Shown in pieces: positions 11,462 through 26,242 of a stretch of DNA of 64,000 nucleotides (its first letter is position 1; the number at the start of each line of letters is the position of its first letter). The DNA comes from Sphyrna mokarran (Eukaryota), in contig JAGIQG010000006.1 of assembly GCA_024679065.1 (NCBI GenBank), forward strand, positions 72,726,001-72,790,000, in the 5' to 3' direction. The translations under genes were made by a program, and so were the position numbers. A model generated the notes under the pieces. That model saw only the letters and a program-made list of their open reading frames with translations, did no database searches and was not told the DNA's origin.

Positions 11462-12905
11462 GTAAGTCTATAATAATCATTTTGCTTATCAACAATGAAA
11501 CATGAGGAAAAAAAATAATGTTTTAGTGGAACAGAGGCAAATGGAGAGCATAAAGCCACAGAATGATGAATTGTGTGCTTTTCTCTGAGAATTTTGCATG
11601 TCACGTGGTGATATTGATCTTTTAAATGTTGTATACTATGAAATTCAAATGAGAAAAAGCAACACCTGATGCCATTCTACTATCCTGGCAGTGCAGTGAA
11701 ACCACCACTTGTTTGGGATCTTGATGCTCTTACTTTGCCAATTTGGGAAGTATTGAAGGTGTTACCAAAGTCAAAACATAAACAATCATTGATGCTTAGA
11801 ACTCTATGCATGATCTTTATTCAAGGCATCTGGCATGGTTGTCATCCAGTGTACTTAAAATTACCATTTTGACTGTTCTAAGTACTACTGATGTTTTTAT
11901 ATGTTGTGCACATTGAAGTACAAATGTCTTTGCACAGTTAGTAGATTGCTAAGGGCATGTGGACTTTTAAAACTCTGGCTTGCTGGCATGATCCAAACTG
12001 CCCTTCATCAGTCCTTCCACTTAAAAGCAAATGTCAGTCATACAATAAGTGATTCTTTGGGAATATAGCTACTTGAAAATATTAACAGAAGGTTGAGTAT
12101 GAGAACATGCATTAACATGCCTTGGGTTCACTGGTGGCTTCTTTTCAGTAGAGAATGCATGTCAGGTGGGTGTTAGCACTGCATGTGTATGCCTTGTGGT
12201 GAGTTGTATACTACTTCACGTTGTTCATGAGGTTCCCTTAGTACTTGGTACCTATCTAATGATGGTGTAAGCTTGTATTTGTCATTTGTCAAATGGATAA
12301 CTAGTGATTGACCTCGTCAACAGGCGAGAGAGGTATCAGCAAAATTAATGTAGTTCCAAAATGTACCTTCAATATTTATACAAAAGCAATACTACAGGAT
12401 ACTATTAATGACACACCCAGTTTGCGTGGCTCACCAATGCATGTTGTAGGAACAAACCTATTACTGCGAGGCCAGTATTTTTCATGCACAGCACCAGATA
12501 ACTTTACAAGACAATGCTTTAATGGGTAGAGTGATCCCTGACAACAGTGATTAGAAAGTAGATTTTGGTGAAATGCCTTGGCTTTCAGTTAGTGGAATGT
12601 ATTTCTATAGATTAGCAAATAGAAACTCTAGGTATGAATGTAATTTTCTCGAGAGCTTGACTTGTAAACATTTGGATGAGGCATTGGCTTCTATGCCAAA
12701 TAAACAGCTTATTGATCAGTAAAAATATAATTAAATAAAGCTAAAATATTTCAATTCTAACTTCAATATTTTGAACAGATTGTTGTCATTAAAACTTAAA
12801 TTCAGACTATGCTAATGTATTACAGAAAATTAGCTTTATTGGAACATTTTTACAATAAAACAGAGCAACATAAACAATGTGCTGACTAATGTAGCAGTTT
12901 CCTAA

Positions 12906-13202
<297 letters not shown>

Positions 13203-15968
13203 TAAGATAACTGTGTGGGCAAGAAATTTTGAATGTGTGCCTCTCTTATGTAGAAATATGTGTCATTCAAGAGAGGATAGCTTTTTGCATGGTGAAAATT
13301 GACATTTCTTTCATTGCATGATGCATGTTGAAATGGAGTATAAAATTCTTAATCATTGAATAGCATGCAAAAACTATTCAAATTTTTTGTTGCACTGAGT
13401 TGATTATGTTTCTGTTATGAATGGTGACCAGGGAAACTAGGGTGGAATAAAATCCCAATACAGGAATAGAAAAAGCCAACAAAAGTGAAAAACAACATTT
13501 TTATTTATACTGATTTGCAAAACTTGAATTAGATGTAGTCATCAACAGTGTAAAAGATACTCATGTCTATCATGACAAAACATCCCCTGACAATTACTAC
13601 AGATTTTTCCACTTGTTTCACGTAGTTTGATCACAATGTCAACATCACAATTTGCGTAGAGTCCCCTTGGCAATGAAAATACTTGTATACAATTATCAAT
13701 TGTTTGCTGCAACAAATGACTTGTCTGGTATGTGGCATCTGGAAATTATTCCAAAATGGAATAACCCTCCGCCTTTAGTTAAACAATTCTTTTTATGTGG
13801 ATGATCTCCATATGCTTACGCTTGTAGTGCCATAATGCACTGAAAATACTCTGATTCCATATTCCTAAATTTCAACTGGCTGCCTCGTTGGCCAAGAACT
13901 CTCCTACTAGAGAAATTAATCCTGCCTCCTTCAGACAGCTGCTATTAATTAAACTAAAGTAGGATATTTTTCATTTCTGATCCTGTTGACATAATGAGAA
14001 CTGACCAATATAAATAACACTTTCCACTAATTTGTATACTTTATTATTGCAAATTAAGTTCTCACAATAAATTTAGTCAACTTGGCAACATTGAATTTTT
14101 CTTTCTCTTTAACCACCTTTGGTCCTATTGGAGCACTTGAAAATCAGAGTTGGAAAATTTGAGGATTCAGATGCTGCTCCAGAGATTTTGAAGATATGCC
14201 TTGCCTACTTTGACAGACCGTTAAAAGCAGTTTGCTGAGAGGAAGTTATGCTTTTTTATAATGCTTCCAGATTTGTTATGTTAAGACTGCAAATTCTTGC
14301 AGCAATTAAGACAAAACATTTTATAACTTTAGTTTTCATTTCAGTACTCGTTACTGTTCATTTTAACAGCAGTAATTTTGGTTCTAATATATTATCAACA
14401 TTTAAGGCTACACTAAGTCAGCCATTTGAAATGTTCTCAATTTTTTGTGTATCACGGTGTAATTAACAGCTAAACAAAAAGTAAGAGTACTCTTTTCCAC
14501 TGTCAACACTCTCATTTTTGTACAATTCTGTTTTCAAAATGTTGGGGGAGAAATTCTGATAAGGGTCATTTCCTCCCCACCCTCCTTTATCAGTGTACTG
14601 AGATGGATTCGATGGCTTCATTCTACACTGTAGGGATTCTATGTATATTGGATGTGGCAACTTTCTTATGTCACTATTTTTTCTAATACAGTTTCATTGT
14701 TGTGCTTTTCCAAATGCTCATCAGGTAGTTCTACAATTGCATTTTCATGTCTTCAATAACAAATCAGGAAAATTTATGACCTCCTGTATTATCTCACTTT
14801 CAAGTTCAAGATGGGAGCCACATTGCCTCTGTGTCCCACCTCTCCTTTGACTTCTTACCTGCTTATGAAATCTCTTCAGCTATTTGGTGAAACAGCTGTC
14901 ATTAATACTTGAGCTTTGTATAAGAAAGTACTAGATATAACACTGGATTTTAGGCTCTCCACCAATGGGTTTCAAGATGGAGGACCTACTTGCTTCCCCT
15001 CACCACCCTCCCCCACAAGATAGTTTTATAGCAGTAGGAGCAGTGTCAGCAGCCTAGTTGCCAGTGGATCAATTGATGTCCTTAAGTGAATCAGTAATGG
15101 CTACCTAAGGGCTTCACCATACCACCAGGATTTAACTACTGGTGGGAGAGGCTTCCCCCCCATCCCTGAGGGACAGAAATCATGTCTCCAGTTTTTCAAT
15201 GACTCATTGACACCGTGTTCCCTGACATTTTAATCAAGGGCATGGGAAATCCATCATCTTGAATCATCATCCAGCAGCTGTCCTTAGGGACAGGAAGCCT
15301 CACCTCAGACAGCTGTTGGCCGATTCAGCCCGCAGTTTTATGCAAGAAAACCATAAGGGAACAGCATTAAGGAATGGAAGGAGTTTAGCCGCAATGTTAG
15401 TTCCCCAAATATGACAATTTGATGCTGTTGTATTTATAAGCGGGAAAATATCAAACCATGTTTAACAAGAGCAGGTTTAAGATTAGTTTTAATCTTGGGA
15501 TTTGGCTGTTCACTTTGAATGATTTGATGCATTTTCTCAAATAATAGCACATAGATTACAGTTATGTATGCTAGTCTTGGGTTTTATCTGCTGATTTATT
15601 TGGTTATTATAGTTCTCATTAATATTAACTATATCTATGTTTATCCATTAGTTGTATCTGTTTTAAGTGAAACAATCAGAAAAATGCTCTATTTTTCAAA
15701 ATTTCTGATGATGAAAAAATGGAATAAACATTTGTAGTATGAAACCCCTAACTTTGGATGATAATTTTAATGACATGTTTGATTACGCGGGGTGTGTAAT
15801 TTAATTTCAAAATTATTTAATAGCAAAATCCCAATGCACTTCATTTTATCTTTAAATATATTAAGTAGAAATAGTTAACATAGATTAAATCGCTTATTTA
15901 TTCTGGGAGACTATATTTTATTTGCCTTTTTTATGTAAGCAATTGCTTAATGACTTCTATCTCAATAG

Positions 15969-16217
<249 letters not shown>

Positions 16218-16361
16218 TAGGAATTGATTATGTTCCAGAAAATCTGAATGCTGCTGCTTGTAATTTGTGTTGTGCATGTTTGAAGAGTCAAACAGGCAGG
16301 AGGTTACTTGTTTTAAAAAAAAATTAGAAACTTCAGATGCGGAATGCAGTTGTAACCCTTT

Positions 16362-16636
16362 TTTAAAGTTTCTTGATTAGTCACAAGTAAGGCTTACATT
16401 TACACTGTAGTGAAGTTACTGTGACATTCCCCTAGTGGCCACACTCTGGCACCTGCTCCAGTCTTTGTACCTAACCAGCATGTTTTTCAGACAATGGGAG
16501 GAAACAGGAGCTCCCAGAGGAAACCCATGCAGACACAGGGAGAATGTGCAAGCTCCACACAGACAGTGCCCCAAGCTGGGAATCGAACATGGATCCCTGG
16601 CACTGTTAGGCAACAGTGCTAACTGCTATGCCACCT
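16362..16636 (-). mobile_element. tRNA-derived SINE (HE1/V-SINE-like)
   Basis: Homologous to 6591-6903; A and B boxes on the minus strand. Confidence 0.85.
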
Positions 16637-17899
16637 GTAGCTAAAAGTTTAAGTATGGCTCAGTTAGTATAGCCATTCTGAGTTTGTAGGTCGTGGATTT
16701 GAACTCCAATACAGGGTACATAGTCTGGGTTTTCACCAAATTGGTTTGACTCGGGAGATCTTTAAAAAATGGCAGGTGTGATACCTGGGCTATGTGATTT
16801 TGGTAGTGCCTTTTAAAGATGTGGGCTGCTTCCTGTCAAAAGCTCGCATTAGGCACTGATGGCATGACTGGCTCCATTATAGGTATCTTCTATTTCTTCA
16901 CAATCTTCATTGGATCACATGCTCTTAGAGGAGTCACAAACCTTAGTTTATATGAAGGGACCATTTAAAGTAAGTTCGAAGAATCTTTCACACCCTCTTT
17001 CCCAAGTTGTACCATTCTCCCCCACGCTCCCTAAGCCAAGCTCTGCCCTTCCACCAACCTCCATGTCCCTCATGCTGCTGTGCCAAGCTCAGTCCTGCCA
17101 CCCATGCCTCATGGGCCTCTATGCCCCCATGATCTGATATCCCTCTATCCAACTCTGCTCTTATAACCACCCTCATATCCTTATGCCACGTCCAAGTCAA
17201 ACACTGCCCTTCTATCCACTCCCATAATCCCTCACTCCCCTATCCCAAGCTCTAACCTTCCACCCATCCCCAAGGACTCCTTATGGCTCTACCTTCATGC
17301 CCATTGATCCATTGTACACATAGTCGAATGAGTGAATTTTATAATGTAAAGCAGGATTTGTAATTTGAATAAAGTCCTTGGGGGGAAAAAAATGTCATTC
17401 GTTAAGAACTTTTCCCCATGTTTGAAAAATGTCAGATGTACAAGCTAATGTAAGTGTCAATTATCCAGGCCCTTTGAAGTTTCAAAAACCACAAACTCTG
17501 CAAACCACTTAACTTGTATCAAAAGAAGTCATGAAATTGAAAGCAGAGATTAGAGAGCCTGAGCTGTCAAATCAAACAATGTTTCTTCTGGGGAATAGTT
17601 GTTCATTATTCTAATGACTCTCTCAGCCAAGCCTCATTCAATATTATTGAAGGGACAGGGAAAATGGGCACTCAGTATCTGAGATTTAAATGATCTGAAT
17701 GCAATCCCCCAACAGGTTACAAGTGAAAATACATGCAAAGAACACATTGACAAGTTTTTTGGGCAGCCAGCTACTCAGAAGGAAACCTCCTGCCATTAAT
17801 GGGGAAATGACTGACAGATGTCAGAATGCTCTGCATGAAAGGAAGAGTCTTGGACATTAGGAGAATATGAAAATTGAAAAAGGGGCAGGACAGTGCAGA

Positions 17900-20280
17900 A
17901 GGCAAATCCTCAGTGGAAGATCCACTGCTGAAGACTGAATTATCTGTAGGTAACTGTGACCCAGTGCCTTAAGAGACTATGATTCTTTAGGCAAATGGTC
18001 ATCAAGATATGTGCCCTCATCACTGAAGACCTTGCACCATTATACCCTGTAGATCACTGTGCCTTGTCCATCACTGTCAAAGTTACTGTGCACTTGAATT
18101 TCTTTGCTTCTGGCTTCTTTCAAGGATCAGCAGCAGATATTGGTGCCATTTGTACACCACTGCATTTTACTGGTCACAGATATCCTCTTTCATTTAACGA
18201 CAGGCACAATCTTGCAGAGACAGGGGTATTAATATATCAGAAATTGTGTGCTTTCACAATTACACTATTAGCTAATTGCAATGTTAAAGACAGGCAATGG
18301 ATCATTGGCTCAGCCACCAGAAGAATATAAATGGACAGAGCCATAACAATTGGGGTTCAGTGAACCATAAGAAATTTATAACTCTGCTGAATTGTATGGT
18401 ATAAACTTGCTGAAATTAAAAGACAAACTGTTGTATTATTTCTCCACCATCTTAATAGGGGGTATTGAGTTTTGCCTCCATTGCCGAATGTCCTCTGAAA
18501 GAAGACATTATAATGCGCCCATATGGCCAACTGGGCACCCAATGACTGGTCAGTGAAATTCATCGCCAGGAAGGGCGACCATTCTATCATTATCCAAGTG
18601 CTCCATGACCACAGCAAGAGTTTCCTCCATGGCCTGGTTTTTGCTGGCTCTGTGCCAATAACCCCCAGTTAATAAGTCAGTGCAGCACCTGTCCACAATT
18701 TCAGTGATGGCCCTGCAGCAATTTAATATTGGGAGCACTGTTAATTGCTTTAAGGTGAGATGCCACTTTTGCAGGAAGAAGTCTTGCATTAGAGATCTAT
18801 TGACCAGTTAGATGTCTGGTATCTGTATAAATCCAGCAGTGGCAACTGAGATTACAAGTAGACCAACTATGCCAAGGAATGCAAGGTAACTCTGGCATCA
18901 GAAATCTCAGTGAAGGGAGTGGAAGGCTGAGTTCAAGAAGTTGGGAGCAGGGTTAATGGGAAAAATCCCTTGTTGCGGGCCAGGAACCAACAAAGGCAAT
19001 CCTCCCTATAGATTCCCAACTCCAACCACCCCTTACTTGACACCAGCCTGCACAATTAAATCTGCTGGGCCTGGCCTGATCCAGCTCTTGTTATAGGTAA
19101 AATACCAAAGAGGAAGGATTAAAGCCCTGAAGTGATATTAATTGATCATTTAATGACCTCCACAGGCTCAATGTGGAGTCTGCCTGACGCTTTACCCACA
19201 CCCAGTAAAATTTCAGACAGGTCGAAGTGGTTGGATAGGCATTGGNNNNNNNNNNNNNNNNNNNNNNNNNNNNNNNNNNNNNNNNNNNNNNNNNNNNNNN
19301 NNNNNNNNNNNNNNNNNNNNNNNNNNNNNNNNNNNNNNNNNNNNNNNNNNNNNNNNNNNNNNNNNNNNNNNNNNNNNNNNNNNNNNNNNNNNNNNNNNNN
19401 NNNNNNNNNNNNNNNNNNNNNNNNNNNNNNNNNNNNNNNNNNNNNNNNNNNNNNNNNNNNNNNNNNNNNNNNNNNNNNNNNNNNNNNNNNNNNNNNNNNN
19501 NNNNNNNNNNNNNNNNNNNNNNNNNNNNNNNNNNNNNNNNNNNNNNNNNNNNNNNNNNNNNNNNNNNNNNNNNNNNNNNNNNNNNNNNNNNNNNNNNNNN
19601 NNNNNNNNNNNNNNNNNNNNNNNNNNNNNNNNNNNNNNNNNNNNNNNNNNNNNNNNNNNNNNNNNNNNNNNNNNNNNNNNNNNNNNNNNNNNNNNNNNNN
19701 NNNNNNNNNNNNNNNNNNNNNNNNNNNNNNNNNNNNNNNNNNNNNNNNNNNNNNNNNNNNNNNNNNNNNNNNNNNNNNNNNNNNNNNNNNNNNNNCGCCG
19801 CTTCCAATCCTACCTTGAGCAGAAAATTCAGTCCCATCTATGTGTTTGTTTTCTTGGCAGTTGCCATGAATCTTTCATCCTCTGCCAGCCCAGGCTGCCT
19901 CTGATCTTCATCCCAATCCCAACATAGATAGATAGATCCTCAGAGATAAGGAGTAATCCTTGAAAAGAGAGCTTCTCACACCTCTGTGGTGATCCATATA
20001 GAGGCACAAAAATGATATGACCAAAGCCACTTGCTCTTTTTGACAACTAATAGCATTCTGAAGATGCAGTTATGGTGCCTGGACCAGATGGATGCTTTCC
20101 ACTAATACCGTTGTTGAAAGGTCCCAGTTATTGTGGTGGTCTGCTGTGTGCTCCATAACATGATCCTTCAGAGAGGTATGGACATTGAGGACGATGAGGC
20201 CTGGAAGATGACACCTCAGTGGGGAACGAGAAAGATGTGAAAGTGAAGACAGAGGAAAATGACACTGAATGGAGCAGTGC
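17900..20280 (+). mobile_element. Decayed PIF/Harbinger transposase, split into several blocks and spanning an assembly gap; the element may extend about 16730-20670
   Basis: ALSITVKVTVHLNFFASGFFQGSAADIG (about 18060-18150), FIARKGDHSIIIQVLHDH (about 18560-18610) and LKMQLWCLD..VVVCCVLHNM (about 20060-20165) match HARBI1-family motifs. Confidence 0.8.
19246..19795. other. Assembly gap
   Basis: Run of N. Confidence 1.
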
Positions 20281-20773
20281 CCCTGCTACAAATTAGGTGA
20301 TCCCCTTCCTGGCATCCTCTAGGAAGAGGACCTCCTTTTCTCTGTCACTACCTGCAGCATTAGAATGAAATGCTAGGCTGACATAGCTTGTGTGTCAAGT
20401 CTCTGACTCTCCTGTGATATCTTTCATCCTTCTGATGCAGTGGAAAGCTTTAGCATAAACCTTCTACAGGGCAATCAGCAGCCTTAGTATTGGCTGACAT
20501 GGGTGTTTAAGAGTCCCACATTTAATCAAACCCACCTCTGTTTCAACCTTCACTGATAGTAAATGGACAGGGAACCCATCTCCATCCCTACCCAAAATTC
20601 TAAACTTCAATCAACTTCCCTTTGGGTACGAATTTTTGACCCTATTTCCCACCTCTGTGATAAAAGTTCAATAATGTTTCCATGTAACATTTTTGGGCTT
20701 TCAGGAAAGCTTTGAATAATGTTTTTTACCAATCTTTTAAAGGGTAGCTATTTCTTCTAATGTATAAAATTGA

Positions 20774-21001
<228 letters not shown>

Positions 21002-21169
21002 TAGAGAGTAGAAGAATTTGAAAATAAATTGCAAGACAGTAAAGTAAGAGCTTCTGATAGCTAAACAAAGAATGCAAACTTGAAGTGATTCCTGAATGTC
21101 AAATAAATAGAAACTATTGCAGCAAAATAAGATTGAATCCAGATATGCACTATAGATTCTGCATCATTT

Positions 21170-21500
21170 GATTTAGGAAATATACCAATGTTACATTCTT
21201 GAGCAAAGATTTAGAATGGGAATCACTATAGCAAAGGCAGGAGAGAAATAGACTGGCCATGTTCTATAAAATGGAAAGGACAGGTGAAAATTGACAGAAA
21301 CAAGTTACTTCTCTCCAGTAATGATAGAACAAGAGAGAGACCTCCACACCAACTACCAAGACCATTTGTTTCCAAGACAATGTATCAGCAATCTTTGTTC
21401 CTAATGCAATCCCCCAATGGAACAAGCTGCCAAATAATTATAGCCCCAGCACTTGAAATCTTCAAGGCTCACCTTTGTTATTTCTGTTTAAAAAGTTTCA
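21170..21500 (+). mobile_element. RTE-X-like LINE 3' fragment
   Basis: DLEWESL*QRQERNRLAMFYKM...YQQSLF..WNKLP..FKAHL. Confidence 0.6.
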
Positions 21501-21749
21501 TCATTAGGGACACCATCATAGCGGACCATGCCTGGTTTAGCTAGCACCACCCACATAAATGTTGGTGGAAAATAATGTGATGCCGACACAGCTATAAAAC
21601 AGAAGCTTTATGGTTGAAAAAGTTATCAGATATGCTTCATATATATTTGTTAAGATTCAAAGGTGTGTTCTGCATTCTTCTATTTAGTTGAATGGCACTA
21701 AGGTGTTGCAACTACTCTTAGCATAAGCAAATACATTATACTGGTGGAA

Positions 21750-22570
21750 ACTGTCCAGTGTTGTCATACTGCTATCTATCAGCACTGATGATTTGATACT
21801 ATAGGATGTTGATTGCTTCACCATCTAGGTTCTGCAGTCACCAGCAATCTGTCACTGTTGGTATCATAACACACAGGTTGCAAAAGCCAGAGCTAAAATA
21901 CCAGACTGAGGAAGGGAGTGTGGAGCAACAGCAACCCGATTGAGAACGCCAAACTGCAAGTTTACCAAGTCTGCATACTCAGTGCATTCTTCTGCAGTGG
22001 TGAGACTGGAGGAGAAAATGCTGAATAGCTTCCATCTTCACCGTCTTAGATGTATTCTTGGCATCTCCTGGCAGGACAAGGTTACAAGCCTGAAGTCCTG
22101 GATGGAGCATGGTAATTCCATCAGCATGCACTCATTGCTAAGTCAATGACATCTGTGCTGATTCAGCCATGTTCTTCAAATGGATGACCGCCATATACAC
22201 AAACACAGTCTGTAAAGTGAATTGGCAATTGGGGCATGATCTCCTACGTGTCCAAATGTCTGCTGTAAGAACACCATCTGCAAGCAAGATATGAAGGTGG
22301 CAGACAACTGGGAGACAGATGCTGATGGCATCTAGTGAAACCTGGAGGCTGACTGGAGGGGTTTTGGAAGAGGTACGCAGAAACAAAAATCTCAGTTGGC
22401 TAAGTAGACCAGAGCTCAACAAATCCTGCACCTTTTCAGCCTACCATCTTCCTCTACAGCAAATGGGTCTAAGAATGCAATGTTCATGTGGGATTCCTGA
22501 GCCACACCAGGTGATGCTGAATAAAGTTGACCACCGTGGCACAAGCTATCATATGAGACTGAAGGCTCAA
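21750..22570 (+). mobile_element. RTE (BovB-like) LINE 3' fragment
   Basis: LNSFHLHRLRCILGISWQDKVT..SMHSLLSQ; ends gagactgaagg. Confidence 0.8.
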
Positions 22571-22858
22571 CTGGAAGCTGTTGTTTCCAACACTTACTGA
22601 CATCTTGAGAATAGTATTTGGAATTAATTCAACTAAAAATTCATGTTTTCGAATTTGTTATTTATCACAATGGCATGCTTTATCTGAAAGCAAGAGCTAA
22701 ACTTTGCTGCATTGCCTTTGGGATGACTACAGAACTCCATTGATAGGTTGTTAGATCAGAATACCTTATTTGTAGAAATATTCTAGGGCAATCACAGAAC
22801 TTTTAATTGGTCCTTTATTTACAAAATGATCTGTTTAGTTATTTTTTTCTACTCCTAG

Positions 22859-23020
<162 letters not shown>

Positions 23021-24798
23021 TAATACTGCTTATTTTATCATTTGTGCTGATGATATTGCATATTCAACTGCTCTTAAAGGTGGAACAACTCATGATTTTC
23101 AATATCTGAAGGACTTCTTCTCCTCTCTTGTGTCATAGCACAGAGGAGGGGGAAGGACAAGAATTATTAATTTAAATTTGAAATTGGTGGGCTGTGCTAG
23201 AACAATGACAATCCATTTTGACCTCTGTTAACATGATGTCAGGGAGATTTTAACTCCCAGGCTTTAACTGCCATCCCCAGTTATGTTTACACATGGAGCT
23301 TACAGGCAGTGGCAGCTGATTGGCAGAAAAAATTCAAAGAAGGCATTTGGTTAAGTAGTTTCTGACCCCCAAACCCCCTTCCTGCTAGTTGGTCCTGATG
23401 GGAAAGACACAACCACTTCACTACTCAAGCCCATAATTAAAATAGCAGTTGGGCTCTAATAACATCATCAGAGTCTGCGTATCCCGCTAGTTTCCAGTAG
23501 GCATCCTTCTCACCTGCTCCCATGAGTAAATTAATCTTATGTGATCAATGTGGGATGTCAGCACACGAGTCCCTCAAGAGATGTTAAATGCTTGTCCAAT
23601 TGTACAAACTGGGCAGGATTATAATCGCCCTTATCAAAAACTGTTCTTCACTGAGAAGAGAGGTCCTCTATTTGGTTCTGTATGGATAGTCAAAAGGAAA
23701 GAACTGTCAAAAGAGGAACTGACTTTGATTATTTACATCAGTTTGCTGCCAAAGGGGAACTAACCTTTTTTTCCCTCCCTATCTTGCTCTGGATTCTAGT
23801 GCTAATCTTTACAGTGCAAAGTATTGTAGTAATTCAGTTGGCAGTACTTTTTGCTCTTCGCAAAAATATTTAAGATGACTACAGAATCACATTTGGGGCA
23901 GAAAATAAGGGAAATGATTCAGAACAGTATTTTTAATGCACCTGGCCTCAGACAATGGCTTAACTGCCCATCTAAAATTTTGAGGCCAGCTTACAAACAC
24001 TAAGTTTTAAATACATTTTGAACTATTGGTATTACAGTTCTAAACATCCGCAGGCCAACATTTTCCTTTTTAATTAAGCACCCCTCTAAATCATCAATAA
24101 TCTAGCTACGCAATTCAAAGTCTGTCTGTATGTGCATAAATATGGCAATTTTAACATACTGCTTGCATAGTAATCATGTGCACAATTCCCCATCTACTTT
24201 CTCCCTTTCCTAACCTTATAAAAGTGCTAATTGATAATGAAAGCCCTCTGGTAACTCTTCATTACTTCCTTGTAATTTACTTTGATATTTTCAGGGTTTT
24301 GTTTTTCTTTAAAGTGAGTCTAAGCAAAGAAAAACGTCCTTTAGATTATCTTGTGGTAGGTTTGATCTATCAGCAAAAAGGGTCAATTTTCATAATTTAC
24401 GTTCACCCTGAATTATTTAGGAATAAATCTACAAAAGATAAAGGACTTAAATGCTAATAATTCAATTGTAGATACTTTGCTGTGCTTCCATTAAATTACA
24501 ACTAAGTTTTCAAAATTAAGAAATAGCTTCTCAAAAACTCAGTTAAATATACTATCTATTGGCAATAGTGAGCCACATAGAAATGTGGTAGAGGAAGGTT
24601 CAAAGCTTAATTGATAAAGAAGTAGATGCATCAGGAAATGAAAGTTTGTTTTGACAAATTTGAAACCATAGATACAAGTTTTTGCAGGAAATAGTGTAAT
24701 TAATGGTGTAAAGTAAATATTTTTAAGAAAATAAAGTTTAGTGATTATAATACAAAAAACAGTTTCTTAAAATTGTGAACTATTGTGTTCAAAACTAA

Positions 24799-24900
<102 letters not shown>

Positions 24901-26053
24901 TAATTATTATAGAAAGCAGTCAGCTTCAGAGATCTCTCCTCCTCACCTGTTCATTTATGCTAATCTGTTTCAGTGACAATGCTACTTTATTCTGCCTATC
25001 AAAGTGCATTTAGACATTTAAGGAAGGGTTGTCTAGCAATATAAGCTGAGCTGAGGTTGTCCCAGTATATCAGAATACTGTCCTTTCTTGAATTTGGACT
25101 GAAAGCAAGCCCGGACTATTGAGATGGAAGTTTACTCCATATGCCAACTACAAAGATTAAGAAATGAGTTCAGGGAGTTTTGATCCCTTTTCCATTGAGG
25201 CTTAGTTCATAGCACGTAACAGATGCTCTGATGAAGTTTTACAATGTATTGGTCATACTATATTGTTGACCCCCACACCATGCCACAAAAAAGATTTATG
25301 CATTTGAAAGGATGCAGTGAAGAATAACAAATATCATCCCAAGTATGAGGGAAGATGTGAGCACTTTACATTTTCGACTCATGAATATCATATACCCTAA
25401 GGAAGCCAGCACAACGTTTTGCTAGTGTAAATTGACAGATGAGAAAATTGGATAGGTTCCTTTTAGAACATGCAAGCATTCCAGCTTGCATTTCCTGTGG
25501 CTTCCAAGCAGTCGAACTCCATATACTCAAATCGCTCAGTTAGCTTGCAGTTTTTATTGTGCATCAGGTCTGTTGGATTCTAGATTCCAGAACTTCAATT
25601 TCCACTGCGGTTCTTTAAATAACTGCAACTAATAGTTTATGTTGGACGATTTTGCAGAAGCAGTGTTTGTACAACAGACAAAGTGAATTGTGCTGTCAAG
25701 TCCATTATGTCTGTACTGCATGCTAGGAATCAGCAACAAACAATTTTGTTGAAAGTAAGGATTCTTGACTTCATTTCTGATTGGGCACCCATATTTTACA
25801 GATGGGTTGAACACATGGCCCATCTAGCCAAGAAAACAGTGGCTTTGCTACTGCTCATGGAAATTGTGGAAGAGAAAGAAACACAAACTACTTGGTGGGG
25901 CCAGTAGCATTGCCTCATTGACCAAACAGCACTGCCATTGAAATTGAGGCTTTACAGCAATGGAACATTAAGTTAAATGAGATATTGTTAAATTCTGTGT
26001 ACTGATGAAATCTGTCCTTGTCTAATCTGTAACAAAATGCTAATTGGTGCTAA

Positions 26054-26242
<189 letters not shown>

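Noticed and set aside
18357-18789. Minus-strand ORFs with an ETLAVV stretch resembling Gypsy RNase H
   Set aside because: The plus strand at the same position gives clearer Harbinger transposase motifs
19091-19904. Long ORFs of 220-248 aa, and similar ORFs at 55079-56126
   Set aside because: Artefacts of N runs
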